Notes: generated by a model from the letters alone, not told the origin. A stretch of DNA of 64,000 nt from Patescibacteria group bacterium (GCA_041649155.1 JBAZNP010000001.1:558869-622868); one strand, 5' to 3'; numbered from the stretch's first letter, positions 9,418 through 20,565 are shown. Numbers and translations are program-made.

Positions 9418-9504
9418 GTCATTTCGACTCCTTGGCCTTGTCCAAGGGTGGAGAAATCCTATAAATAAACCAATAGAAGATCCCTCCACTTCGGTCGGGA
9501 TGAC
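9418..9504. mobile_element. MITE-like element, long variant (GTCATTTCGACTCCTTGGCCTTGTCCAAGGGTGGAGAAATC-CTATAAATAAACCAATAGAA-GATCCCTCCACTTCGGTCGGGATGAC)
   Basis: Same architecture as 11306-11410. Confidence 0.75.
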
Positions 9505-9599
9505 ATAGGGGCAAGTAAGTATTTTTTTGTGTCTTCCATTACTAACCAATAAGTGGTATAAGTTTAATTAGCGATCTTTTGACATGGAGGTAAGGGAGG

Positions 9600-9890
9600 A
9601 TGTCAGATAGGTTTTTTACGGGAGCGATAACATCTACTAGGATCATGGTTGCTTCCAGATCTGACGGCACTATTGCCGTTGATGGGTTTCTAGCAGAAAC
9701 AGCAATCCTTTCTGAAAGTTTAGGAAATAAGACCTCGCTTAAGTTTAGCGATCTCAGTCGGATTAATCAGGTGAATCTAAGGATTCTTAGCAACGGTAAA
9801 CTGTCCTACACATTGGGACCGTTCAGGGTTGGAGAATTGAGCCATCGAAAGGGATGTGCGGTGCTTAGCATTCCTTTTGAACTTCGTTAA
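9600..9890 (+). CDS. Hypothetical protein (96 aa)
   Basis: Strong RBS (ggaggtaagggagg) directly upstream and a perfect 9-bp GC stem terminator directly downstream. No recognisable domain. Confidence 0.4.
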   Translation: MSDRFFTGAITSTRIMVASRSDGTIAVDGFLAETAILSESLGNKTSLKFSDLSRINQVNLRILSNGKLSYTLGPFRVGELSHRKGCAVLSIPFELR

Positions 9891-9906
9891 TCCTTTTTCA
9901 TTATTA

Positions 9907-9937
9907 GCGGCCGCCTTTAGGCGGCCGCCTTCTTTTA
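9907..9937 (+). terminator. Rho-independent terminator (GCGGCCGCC-TTTA-GGCGGCCGC + T-rich)
   Basis: Perfect 9-bp GC stem followed by CTTCTTTT. Confidence 0.7.
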
Positions 9938-10032
9938 ATATCGGATTTTTTTTGCTAAGCTAATTAGGTCAGAATCAAAAATTATGAATCTGGAATAATG
10001 AATTTTAATAATAAATTGTTTGGCATCTAATA

Positions 10033-10077
10033 GGATCCTGAAACAAGTTCAGGATGACACTATTAGTTTGTCATGAC
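10033..10077. mobile_element. Partial MITE-like element (GGATCCTGAAACAAGTTCAGGATGAC...GTCATGAC) immediately upstream of tig
   Basis: Second-hairpin half of the 6047-6115 type. Confidence 0.55.
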
Positions 10078-10089
10078 GTTGGAGAAAAA

Positions 10090-11289
10090 ATGGAAGTTAA
10101 ATCAGAAGATCTTAAAAAGGGTAAGTTTAAATTAACTATTACTGTTTCGGCGGGGGAGATGGTCAATTATTTCAATAAGTCCTACGAAAAAATTGCGCCA
10201 ACTATAAAAATGGATGGATTTCGTCCAGGGAAAGCACCAAGAAAATTGGTTGAAGCAGCAGCCGGTACTGCCAGAATTCTTTCTGAAGCGCTGGATATGG
10301 CAATATCAGAAAATTACTACAAAGCAATAATTGAAAAAAATCTTAATCCGATCGTGCAGCCAAAAATTGTTGTAAATAAATATCCGAATTATGGCGACAC
10401 AACAGAAAGCGTTAAGGAAGATTTTGTATTTGAAGCAGAAATTGAAGTTTTGCCTCCAGTTGAACTGGGCGATTATAAAAAGTTGAAAGTTGCTAAAAAA
10501 TCTCCAGATAAGGCTAAACAAGAAGATGTCGAAAAAGTACTGAAACATTTTCAAAAACAATCATCCACTTTTGCTGATCTTGATCGCGCAGCCAAAAAAG
10601 GAGACAGAGCTGAGCTAAATTTTGAAGGTTTCTTAAAGAAAGTTAGAATTGATCAGATGTGTTCTAAAAATCATCCTGTAATTTTGGGCGAGGGAAACTT
10701 AATTCCAGGATTTGAAGATGAAATTATCGGAATGAAGAAGGGCGAAAAGAAAGAATTTAAGATAAAATTCCCGAAAGATTATCATTCTAAAGAATATGCG
10801 AGTAAAGAAGCTGAATTTAAGATCGAATTACTTGACTTGAAAGAAGTCAAATTATCGGAACTTGATGACGAATTTGCGAAGAAATTTGGTCACAAAAATA
10901 TGACCGAATTAAAAAATGCAATTGAGAAAAATTTAAATCAAGAGCTGGAAGAAGATCACAAGAGAAAGCTTGAAGCCGATGTGATTGAAAAAGTTTTAAC
11001 CGTTTTGAAAGTTGAAGTGCCGGAATCTTTGGTTGAACAGGAAACTCAAAGAATTTTAGGTGAATTTAGTAATCAGCTGACTTCTCAGGGAATAAATATT
11101 GATAGATATCTGGAAAGCATCAAAAAATCACAGGAAGATTTGCTTAAAGAGATGAAACCTCAAGCTGAAAAAAATGTTAAGACCGGACTTTTGCTCGGCA
11201 AGATTATTGAAGAAAAGAAATGGGATCCAAAGGATCCAAAAAATGGTGAAAAAGCGATACAATATTTGGTTAGTGAACTAACCAAATAA
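10090..11289 (+). CDS. tig: Trigger factor
   Basis: Ribosome-binding N-terminal domain, central FKBP-type PPIase region (PGFEDEIIGMKKGEKKEF) and C-terminal chaperone domain. Start set at ATG 10090 after GGAG; the tracked start at 10054 lies inside a MITE terminus. Confidence 0.85.
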   Translation: MEVKSEDLKKGKFKLTITVSAGEMVNYFNKSYEKIAPTIKMDGFRPGKAPRKLVEAAAGTARILSEALDMAISENYYKAIIEKNLNPIVQPKIVVNKYPNYGDTTESVKEDFVFEAEIEVLPPVELGDYKKLKVAKKSPDKAKQEDVEKVLKHFQKQSSTFADLDRAAKKGDRAELNFEGFLKKVRIDQMCSKNHPVILGEGNLIPGFEDEIIGMKKGEKKEFKIKFPKDYHSKEYASKEAEFKIELLDLKEVKLSELDDEFAKKFGHKNMTELKNAIEKNLNQELEEDHKRKLEADVIEKVLTVLKVEVPESLVEQETQRILGEFSNQLTSQGINIDRYLESIKKSQEDLLKEMKPQAEKNVKTGLLLGKIIEEKKWDPKDPKNGEKAIQYLVSELTK

Positions 11290-11305
11290 ATCGTTACTGC
11301 TGGCT

Positions 11306-11410
11306 GTCATTCCGACTCCTTGGCTTTGTTCAAGGGTGGAGGAATCTTACAAATTAAATTGAAAACTATTATAAGATCCCTCGACTCCGCTACGCTCTGC
11401 TCGGGATGAC
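11306..11410. mobile_element. MITE-like element, long variant, upstream of the MFS transporter
   Basis: GTCATTCCGACTCCTTGGCTTTGTTCAAGGGTGGAGGAATC...GATCCCTCGACTCCGCTACGCTCTGCTCGGGATGAC. Confidence 0.75.
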
Positions 11411-11496
11411 AACAGGAGATAGTGAGCAGTTATAAAATTCGTTATTCGTTAATTCGTATTGCAAATTAACTAGTTAACAAATTAACTATTTTTCAA

Positions 11497-12729
11497 ATGC
11501 AAAGCACATTTTTAAATGTTCTAAAATTTCCTGATTTTAAAAAGATTTGGTTGTCCCAAGTTTTTTCTCAAATTGCTTTAAATATGGTTACTTTTGCTTT
11601 GGTTTTGGATATTTTTGAAAAAACAAAGTCAAATACTTCAATCTCTTTGGTTATGATCGCTTCGGCGATTCCAGTTGCAATATTTGGACCGTTTTCAGGA
11701 GCGATTGCCGACAGAATTTGTTATCGAAAAATCCTCATGTATACTAACATTTTCCGTTTTGTTGCTGCAATTTTGTTGATAGTTGCTCATAGTAATATTT
11801 TGGCTATGCTAGAAATCATTTTTCTAATTTCGGCATTATCGCAATTTTTTACTCCTGCCGAGTCCTCGTCTATTCCTTTAATTGTTCCCAAAGAAAAACT
11901 TGTTCATGCAAATTCTTTGGTCATGACCACAACTTACATAACACTTTTGATCGGTTATGCTTCTGCCGGTCCGATTATGAACTATATTGGTTCTAAATGG
12001 CTTTTTGTAATATGTGCCGGTCTTTTTTTGCTTGCGACCGAGGCTACAAGAATGCTGAGTGATTTTGATAAAAAAGAAAATAAGTTATTGTCGATACAAA
12101 CACTCGCTTCTGATATTGCAGAAATTTGGAAAGAAGTTAAAGACGGTCTTAAATACTTAAGACACAAAAGCAATGTGTTAAATCCAATGATAAAGCTCAC
12201 AATCGGGTGGGCAATGCTTGGAGCGTTCATTACTCTATTGCCTGCTTTTGGTGAAAGTGTACTGAAAATCGCCCCAACGTTTATTGGCCCAACAATAATT
12301 GCACCTGCAGGTTTGGGGATGCTTATTGCAGCTGTCGTGATCAGTAAGAGAACAAAATTGAATCAATTAAAAGTTTTAGACAGCGGATTTCTGATTGCCG
12401 GTATTGGTTTTATTTTCTTTTCATTATATAAGTTTTATGATGCCTTTGAGCTTTCCAAATTATTTTTAATTTTATTGGTAATTGTGCTTGGTTTTGGTTC
12501 GGCGATGATTCAAATTTCTGCCCAAACATTATTACATTTGAATTCAGATGAAGAGCAAAGAGGCCGTGTTTTTGGGATTTCTTCGATGCAGTTGCGCCTA
12601 GCCACTTCTTTGCCGGCTCTAGTCATTGGTGGTGTTGCCGACCTGACTTCACCGCTTGTAACAATGATGATTTTGGCATCATTATTCTTTATTTACTCTT
12701 TCTCACTAATATTTGAAGAAAGAGTATGA
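11497..12729 (+). CDS. MFS-type transporter
   Basis: 12 predicted TM helices; MFS-like motif (GAIADRICYRK) between TM2 and TM3. 410 aa. Confidence 0.75.
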   Translation: MQSTFLNVLKFPDFKKIWLSQVFSQIALNMVTFALVLDIFEKTKSNTSISLVMIASAIPVAIFGPFSGAIADRICYRKILMYTNIFRFVAAILLIVAHSNILAMLEIIFLISALSQFFTPAESSSIPLIVPKEKLVHANSLVMTTTYITLLIGYASAGPIMNYIGSKWLFVICAGLFLLATEATRMLSDFDKKENKLLSIQTLASDIAEIWKEVKDGLKYLRHKSNVLNPMIKLTIGWAMLGAFITLLPAFGESVLKIAPTFIGPTIIAPAGLGMLIAAVVISKRTKLNQLKVLDSGFLIAGIGFIFFSLYKFYDAFELSKLFLILLVIVLGFGSAMIQISAQTLLHLNSDEEQRGRVFGISSMQLRLATSLPALVIGGVADLTSPLVTMMILASLFFIYSFSLIFEERV

Positions 12730-12801
12730 TAAATCAAAAATTCTAATGTCTAATTTCAAATTATTCTAAACAAGCACCAGCCAATAAGGTAATGGTTCAC
12801 T

Positions 12802-12870
12802 GTTATCCCAGACTTGATCTGGGATCCATATAAATAATTACTGGATCCTCGGGTCAAGCCTGAGGATGAC
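12802..12870. mobile_element. MITE-like element upstream of clpP
   Basis: GTTATCCCAGACTTGATCTGGGATCCATATAAATAATTACTGGATCCTCGGGTCAAGCCTGAGGATGAC. Confidence 0.75.
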
Positions 12871-12978
12871 ACGAGATATTTGTAATTAGGATTTAGAAAT
12901 TATTATTTTTCTATTGTCAGAATAATTTTCTGGTGGTAGAATACTGTGTTATTAGATTTATTATAAATAAGGAAGATT

Positions 12979-13557
12979 ATGAGTTATTTAATCCCCACTG
13001 TAATAGAAAAAACTTTTCAGGGCGAACGCGCCTATGATATATATTCCCGTCTTTTGAGGGATAGAATTATATTTTTGGGAGGTCCGATAAATGATGCGGT
13101 TGCAAATACTGTAGTCGCTCAGCTTCTTTTTTTGGAATCCGAAGACCAGAAAAAAGATATCCAGATGTACATTAATTCTCCTGGTGGAGAAGTTTATTCT
13201 GGCATGGCCATTTACGACACAATGAATTATGTAAAGCCCCACGTTTCAACTATTTGCGTGGGATTAGCTGCTAGCATGGCCGCTTTTCTCCTTTCTGGCG
13301 GGGAAAAGGGTAAGCGTTTGGCATTACCGAATTCCAGAATTTTAATCCATCAGCCAATGGGCGGGACGCAAGGACAGGCGTCTGATATCAAAATTCAGGC
13401 AGAGGAGATTTTAAAGATCCGCGAAGAAATGAATAAAACTCTATCAAAAAATACTGGTCAACCTTTGAATGTGATAGAAAAAGATACAGACAGGGATTTC
13501 TACATGAAAGCAATAGAGGCAAAGAAGTATGGAATAATCGATAAAATTATTTCTTAA
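12979..13557 (+). CDS. clpP: ATP-dependent Clp protease proteolytic subunit
   Basis: Ser-His-Asp triad context: GLAASMAAF (active Ser), ILIHQPMGG (His). Typical 192-aa ClpP. Confidence 0.95.
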   Translation: MSYLIPTVIEKTFQGERAYDIYSRLLRDRIIFLGGPINDAVANTVVAQLLFLESEDQKKDIQMYINSPGGEVYSGMAIYDTMNYVKPHVSTICVGLAASMAAFLLSGGEKGKRLALPNSRILIHQPMGGTQGQASDIKIQAEEILKIREEMNKTLSKNTGQPLNVIEKDTDRDFYMKAIEAKKYGIIDKIIS

Positions 13558-13687
13558 AGTTGTGGTATAATAGCAAGTGAACTATATTATTATAGTGCTG
13601 TGGATTATTTTTTGAGCGAAACGAAGTGTGGTCGAGAAGTTCGATAATTCTCGATTCGTCGAGCTCTCTTGAACAATAAAATATTAT

Positions 13688-14284
13688 ATGGGAGGGGTTG
13701 TGAAAATTAAATCAAAAGCATTTACATTAGTTGAACTTTTGATAGTAATGGCCATTATCGGAGTGCTTGCTGCAATCGTTGTAGTCAACTTAACCAGGTC
13801 ACAAAAAATATCAAGGGATGCACGAAGAGTTGCTGATTTAGATACAATAAATACTGCTTTAATGCTGCATTATGATTCAAAGAAAAAGGTGATTACCAGT
13901 GCATGCGATAATAACACTTATACAGTTAATGATTTGAATTTAAACCATTTCTTGGTTGATGAGGGGTATTTACCGAGTATGCCGAAAGACCCCAAATATC
14001 CAACATCTGGCAATTATTATGAGCAATATTTATATGTTTCAACAACATATTCTACCCACTATTATCCTCATGTAGCAAGTTCTTGCGGGGACTATAGTGA
14101 TAGTGTGGCATTTAGCTGCAGCGCTTCTACTGGAAGTCCTTGTAGCAATTACTTCCTTTATGCCAACTTAGAAACTGATAAATACCAAAATATTACAACT
14201 GAATCATTATGGACAGCTAATCACATGTCTTCTTTAAGTTTCAATGATAAAAATTTATATTATATGTTAGGACCAAATAAGTAA
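13688..14284 (+). CDS. Type IV pilin-like protein (prepilin-type N-terminal cleavage/methylation domain)
   Basis: KAFTLVELLIVMAIIGVLAAIVVV class-III signal peptide (G/FTLxE) followed by a hydrophobic helix. Confidence 0.8.
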   Translation: MGGVVKIKSKAFTLVELLIVMAIIGVLAAIVVVNLTRSQKISRDARRVADLDTINTALMLHYDSKKKVITSACDNNTYTVNDLNLNHFLVDEGYLPSMPKDPKYPTSGNYYEQYLYVSTTYSTHYYPHVASSCGDYSDSVAFSCSASTGSPCSNYFLYANLETDKYQNITTESLWTANHMSSLSFNDKNLYYMLGPNK

Positions 14285-14303
14285 TTAGGGTAAATAATTA
14301 AGT

Positions 14304-15260
14304 ATGAACATTCAAGAAATTTATAACTTAGCAATTCAGATTGGCATCGACAATGATCCAAGGGGTCGAGCCAAAGTTGAAAAAATTCTTTCAAAAAGGA
14401 AGGAAGAGTATTTGGAATTGCCGAAAGAGAAGAAGAAAGATTTTGATATTTCAAAATTGGAAAGTCCTTATTCTGACTCAGGAATTCATTTTGGAGACAC
14501 TAAAAAGGAAATTAAAACCATTCTTGTCGGCATTGACATTGGTGTTGAGGAAATTTTGCTGGCAAAAGAACTAGAAAGGCAAGGCAAGAAAATTGACTTG
14601 ATTTTTGCTCACCATCCGGAAGGCAAAGCCTTGACTAATTTGCATGAGGTTATGGATATTCAAACCGATGTTTTGGCTCGTGCTGGAATGCCGGAAAACA
14701 TTGCCGAAGGTGTGCTGGCCGACAGGATTAGGGAAGTTTCGCGAACAATTGCGCCGATCAATCATTACAAACCGGTTGATGCTGCAAAATTATTAAATAT
14801 GCCTTTATTAAATATTCATACACCAGCCGATAACTGTGTTTGGAATTTTGTTGATAAATATATAGAAGAAAAAAAGCCTGAAACTGTTGGCGAAGTGGTT
14901 GAGACTCTAAAAGAAATTCCAGAATACGCAGAGGCAGCCAAATTAAATACTGGCCCAACTATTTTCGCCGGCAGCGAGAAAGGGAGAGCGGGAAAAATTG
15001 TGGTTTCAGGCATGACTGGTGGTACCGGCGGCAGCGAGAAGATTTTTGAACGCATGAGTCACTATGGAATTGGAACCGAAATTGGCATGCATTTAGGAGA
15101 AAAACATCGGGAGGAAGCAGCCAAGCATTATATTAACATTGTAATTGCCGGTCATATTGCTTCTGATTCTTTGGGTCTTAATATTATTATGGACGAGCTC
15201 GAGAAAAAAGGGATTGAGATTATCCCATGTTCGGGATATATACGACATTCGAGAATATAA
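14304..15260 (+). CDS. Nif3-like dinuclear metal centre protein (YbgI/DUF34 family)
   Basis: FAHHPEG, NIHTPADN and AGHIASDSLG motifs match the HHP / HTxxD / GHYxSE pattern of the Nif3 family. Confidence 0.55.
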   Translation: MNIQEIYNLAIQIGIDNDPRGRAKVEKILSKRKEEYLELPKEKKKDFDISKLESPYSDSGIHFGDTKKEIKTILVGIDIGVEEILLAKELERQGKKIDLIFAHHPEGKALTNLHEVMDIQTDVLARAGMPENIAEGVLADRIREVSRTIAPINHYKPVDAAKLLNMPLLNIHTPADNCVWNFVDKYIEEKKPETVGEVVETLKEIPEYAEAAKLNTGPTIFAGSEKGRAGKIVVSGMTGGTGGSEKIFERMSHYGIGTEIGMHLGEKHREEAAKHYINIVIAGHIASDSLGLNIIMDELEKKGIEIIPCSGYIRHSRI

Positions 15261-15291
15261 ATATAATAAATATAAAAGTACTAGGAGGGAT

Positions 15292-15903
15292 ATGCAATTT
15301 TTTAAAAGAAAAAAAGCCTTTACTTTAATAGAGATTTTAGTAGTTGTATCTATTATTGGTATATTAGCTTCTGTCGTTACAGTTAACTTGATTTATGCCC
15401 AGAAGAAGTCGAGAAATACAAAAAGAATCGGAGATTTGGAGGCAATGAACAATGCCATAAAACAATATTACGCTACAGAAAATAACTTGCCTGATAATCG
15501 CGCTAGTAGCGGAGCCTGTATTGTAGGGTCAAGCTATGGAGGCGGAGTTTGCCTTGGCGAATTAATAAGTAATTACATGGCTGTGCTTCCAACTGATCCA
15601 TTAAATCAGCCTGGCAATAAATATTCTTATCATAATTATGGCACTTACGTTACGATATTTGCGAGTCTTGAGCCACAACAATATGGTCCTTTTCCATATG
15701 GCTGGAACTGTAGCGGTGACAACTCGTCTGGCGGTTGGTGGGCTGGCATGGAATGTGATAGTATAGGAGATTCAACGGAAAGAAAAATATGTACCGATGC
15801 TCTCATGGACAATAACCCAACAACAACATATACTCCTCCAGAAGGAATAACATTAAATGTGCCGGGAGATACCAAAAAGTATTGCAATGGATTTAAACTA
15901 TAA
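15292..15903 (+). CDS. Type IV pilin-like protein
   Basis: KKAFTLIEILVVVSIIGILASVV prepilin N-terminus. AGGAGGGA RBS before ATG 15292; the tracked 15145 start overlaps the upstream gene. Confidence 0.8.
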   Translation: MQFFKRKKAFTLIEILVVVSIIGILASVVTVNLIYAQKKSRNTKRIGDLEAMNNAIKQYYATENNLPDNRASSGACIVGSSYGGGVCLGELISNYMAVLPTDPLNQPGNKYSYHNYGTYVTIFASLEPQQYGPFPYGWNCSGDNSSGGWWAGMECDSIGDSTERKICTDALMDNNPTTTYTPPEGITLNVPGDTKKYCNGFKL

Positions 15904-15908
15904 TACTT

Positions 15909-16502
15909 ATGTTTATATTTAATTTATTAAAAAGAAAACAGAGGAAAGGGTTCACACTAGTTGAACTTCTAGTTGTTACGGCGATTATTGCAATGCTGGC
16001 ATTAATTGTGGTTATTAATGTGAGTCAATCGCAAAAACGTTCACGTGATTCGAGAAGAAAAGCAGATCTTAATTCAATTTTAACAGCTATGCTGTTTTAT
16101 TATGATGATCATAATACTCTTTCATTAGCTGGGTGTAATTGTGGATATAACAATGAAGGGAGAGGTTGGTTTAATTATGTGGGTGGCGGGTCTTACGCTA
16201 CTTCAATTGCGGAATATCTTAAATCAAGTAACTATCTAAGCAGTACTGTCATCGACCCGTCAGGCAAGACCTCTTGTATGCCAGGCGCTGGTGGTAGTTG
16301 TGATACTGAAGATGGCGGACCGTATATGCTGCATTATGATCTTGGTACAGGAAAAAAGATTACTGTTTATGCTAAAATGGAATCGACGAAATCGGTGGTT
16401 GATGTTAACAACAGTTGCAATTCCAGTCCTGCTATTCCACCGGCAGGGACTCTATATTGTACTGACTACTATAGGAATTATTCTTTAACTGCTACAAAAT
16501 GA
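15909..16502 (+). CDS. Type IV pilin-like protein
   Basis: KGFTLVELLVVTAIIAMLALIVV prepilin N-terminus. Confidence 0.8.
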   Translation: MFIFNLLKRKQRKGFTLVELLVVTAIIAMLALIVVINVSQSQKRSRDSRRKADLNSILTAMLFYYDDHNTLSLAGCNCGYNNEGRGWFNYVGGGSYATSIAEYLKSSNYLSSTVIDPSGKTSCMPGAGGSCDTEDGGPYMLHYDLGTGKKITVYAKMESTKSVVDVNNSCNSSPAIPPAGTLYCTDYYRNYSLTATK

Positions 16503-17092
16503 GTACTATAACATATCGAGGAGGACGAGTGGATAGTAAAAGAGCTTTCACATTAATCGAATTATTGGTTGTGGTTGCTATTATTGGTATTTTGGCGACT
16601 ATTGTGTCATTAAACATTGTTGGCGCACAGGAAAAATCAAAAGTTGCCAAGGCGGTGGAGCAAATAAATACAGTCGAAAAAGCAGTGAAAATGTATTACG
16701 CTGATGTTTATGATTGGCCGCCAACTTGTAGGTCTGTTGATTATCATGCAGACTGTAATTCAACAGAAGACCCATTTTTGTTAACTCCGACCGGTGTTGA
16801 TAGATGGAATGGTCCCTATATAGACGAAGGTATTTATAACATGAAGCATCCTTGGGGGGGAGCCGTAGAATATTGGAAGGATACAACTGCAGGTAAATTG
16901 AAGGTTGTTTTAGACGATGATGCACCAGCAAAAGCTTCAGTTGATAATAGCGGAAATATCCCCGATTCGGCATTGCTAAAAATTGATCAGTTAATTGATG
17001 ATGGCAATTTACATACAGGATCTGCATTGCAGTCAACTGATGGTGGCGCAGGGTACATCGGCGAGATAGTGCATTCTTTCGTTTCCTTGTAA
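16499..17092 (+). CDS. Type IV pilin-like protein
   Basis: RAFTLIELLVVVAIIGILATIV prepilin N-terminus. 4-nt overlap with the upstream gene. Confidence 0.8.
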   Translation: MSTITYRGGRVDSKRAFTLIELLVVVAIIGILATIVSLNIVGAQEKSKVAKAVEQINTVEKAVKMYYADVYDWPPTCRSVDYHADCNSTEDPFLLTPTGVDRWNGPYIDEGIYNMKHPWGGAVEYWKDTTAGKLKVVLDDDAPAKASVDNSGNIPDSALLKIDQLIDDGNLHTGSALQSTDGGAGYIGEIVHSFVSL

Positions 17093-17184
17093 GAGTTTTA
17101 TTGGCAAACATTGATTATTTGTAATATGCTTAAAACAATAGTGTGGGTTATCTGAATACCTAAACAGATCTATAAGGAGGCGGG

Positions 17185-17730
17185 GTGAAAAAAATAAAAG
17201 ATTGCAACCTTGAGCAAAGTCGAATGGGCTTTACTCTGATTGAACTATTGGTTGTAGTGGTTATTATTGGTGTTTTAGCCACAGTTGTAGTGGTTAGCCT
17301 AACCAGCGCTCAGGAAAAATCAAGAGATGCAAAGAGAATCAGTGATCTAAAACAAATTGACCTGGCGATTGATTCATTCTATACGGACTATCAACATCTT
17401 CCCGGTGGGTCATCGATGGGCACCTTCAGCCTTTATGTTATAAACAACAATACTTACACTGGAGATACCTCAAGCTGTAGTGCTGGTGGTTTATTGCCTT
17501 ATCTTCCTGACGTGTGTAGGGATTATGGACCCAAACATACTACTGCCACCGCTGATGCTTACAAGGACGTTTATTTATATGGTTTCGCTGATGCCAAGAA
17601 AGACACTTACCATCTTGGTGCTCAATTCGAATCTTCTAATAATCAAGGTAATACATTCACTTATTGTAGTTCGAGTTCAAATTGTTCAGCCACTGATACA
17701 AGTTATACTGGTTATTATCTAATAAAGTAA
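17185..17730 (+). CDS. Type IV pilin-like protein
   Basis: MGFTLIELLVVVVIIGVLATVVVV prepilin N-terminus. GTG start after AAGGAGG. Confidence 0.8.
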   Translation: MKKIKDCNLEQSRMGFTLIELLVVVVIIGVLATVVVVSLTSAQEKSRDAKRISDLKQIDLAIDSFYTDYQHLPGGSSMGTFSLYVINNNTYTGDTSSCSAGGLLPYLPDVCRDYGPKHTTATADAYKDVYLYGFADAKKDTYHLGAQFESSNNQGNTFTYCSSSSNCSATDTSYTGYYLIK

Positions 17731-17771
17731 TCTAATATTGTTAGTCGGACAATGCCAAAAAAAGGAAAGAA

Positions 17772-18299
17772 ATGAAATATAAAAAAGGGTTTACTCTGAT
17801 AGAGATTTTGGTCGTCGTCGCTATTATTGGAGTTTTAGCCACAGTTGTGATGGTAAACGTAAGAAGAAACATAGCCAAAGCTAACTATACAAAAACTCTG
17901 AGCGACATGACGGCGATTGCTAAGTCAGTCAATCTTTATACTGCCGAACACAATGTAACAAAACCAAAGGAATGGAGCGGGTATAGAAATTATTCTCATG
18001 CTACTGATGGCGCTCACACATTTTATAATAGTACGGATTCTTCTGACTCTAATTACAATGATTTTTTTGCGGACAAATTAGATAACGTGAGACCCGTGCC
18101 ACCATGTGAAGGTTCTGCTTATTCTTATTACAACAGTTCGACTTATTCTTTTATCATATATTGGACACCGAATTCTGGAGGTCATAGTAATGTTATGTTG
18201 CCAGTGGAGGGTGTTATGCCTTCAGGTTATGTTAATATTAAAAACAAAACTGAAAAAAGCATTTCATGTAAAGAAACACGGGACTCAGATTTTCAATAA
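17772..18299 (+). CDS. Type IV pilin-like protein
   Basis: KGFTLIEILVVVAIIGVLATVV prepilin N-terminus. Confidence 0.8.
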   Translation: MKYKKGFTLIEILVVVAIIGVLATVVMVNVRRNIAKANYTKTLSDMTAIAKSVNLYTAEHNVTKPKEWSGYRNYSHATDGAHTFYNSTDSSDSNYNDFFADKLDNVRPVPPCEGSAYSYYNSSTYSFIIYWTPNSGGHSNVMLPVEGVMPSGYVNIKNKTEKSISCKETRDSDFQ

Positions 18300-18346
18300 T
18301 TTGCAGATAGCTTCTTAGCTGGCCTATATTAATCTAATTTGTGCTG

Positions 18347-18375
18347 TTGACAAAATCTATTTTTTTGAGTAGTAT
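18347..18375 (+). promoter_or_regulatory. Putative sigma70-type promoter for 16S rRNA (TTGACA-17 nt-TAGTAT)
   Basis: Consensus -35 TTGACA at 18347-18352, a 17-nt spacer, then TAGTAT. About 210 nt upstream of the 16S 5' end. Confidence 0.5.
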
Positions 18376-18582
18376 TGACTTACTGAATAAAAACTAACTG
18401 TTCGAATACATTGGGGGATTGTTTTTATTCTGTTAAAATTTGCTCTTTGACAACTAAATAGTGATAAGTACGCTTGTTTCAACTCTTTCCACATGAAGGA
18501 GTTGAACAATTCTTTTGAGAGAAAAAAAATTTGATTAGTATAAGAGCTAATCAAACTCATAAATATTTGTATCGTAAGATAC

Positions 18583-20045
<1,463 letters not shown>

Positions 20046-20170
20046 TAAGGAGAATCGTCCATCAATTCAATGATGGTTCGATACGGTCGATCGTCTGATA
20101 TTCGTTCTTGAATATCGAGACGCAAATCCTATGCTAAACCTTAGCATAGGTGCGTACTTTATCACTATTT

Positions 20171-20245
20171 AGTTGCAAAAGAGCTAAAAACAACAGACCT
20201 GCCTGCCGGCAGGCAGGTTACAGATCGTACGAATAATACGAATGC
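20171..20245 (+). repeat. Direct repeat copy 1, flanking the 16S-23S interval (TAAAAACAACAGA + 20-bp palindrome + TACAGATCGTACGAATAATACGAAT)
   Basis: About 85% identical to 41788-41866 in the same orientation. Confidence 0.8.
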
Positions 20246-20565
20246 TGTATGAAAAAGCCACTCGAAAGAGTGATTTTTTGTTATAATAAAAACAGAGGTG
20301 ATGATTATGCGGAAGTTAAGAAGACAGAATATGGGGGAAAGAAGGGGTTTTGCTACTCTATTGACTCCTCTGCGCGATAGAGTGGATAATAGCCGAAAAC
20401 CACATTCTAGAGGTATTCGCTTCAGGAGAAGTTTACTTCATGGTCATCATGTGCGAAGCGGCAGTACTCTCGGCTCGGGCGTCTCTTCTCGCCCGAGCTT
20501 ATTTTTGCAAAATTTAACGTTCTTCGAGTTTAAATTAATTCTTAGGATAAAAGATATAGCAGTCT

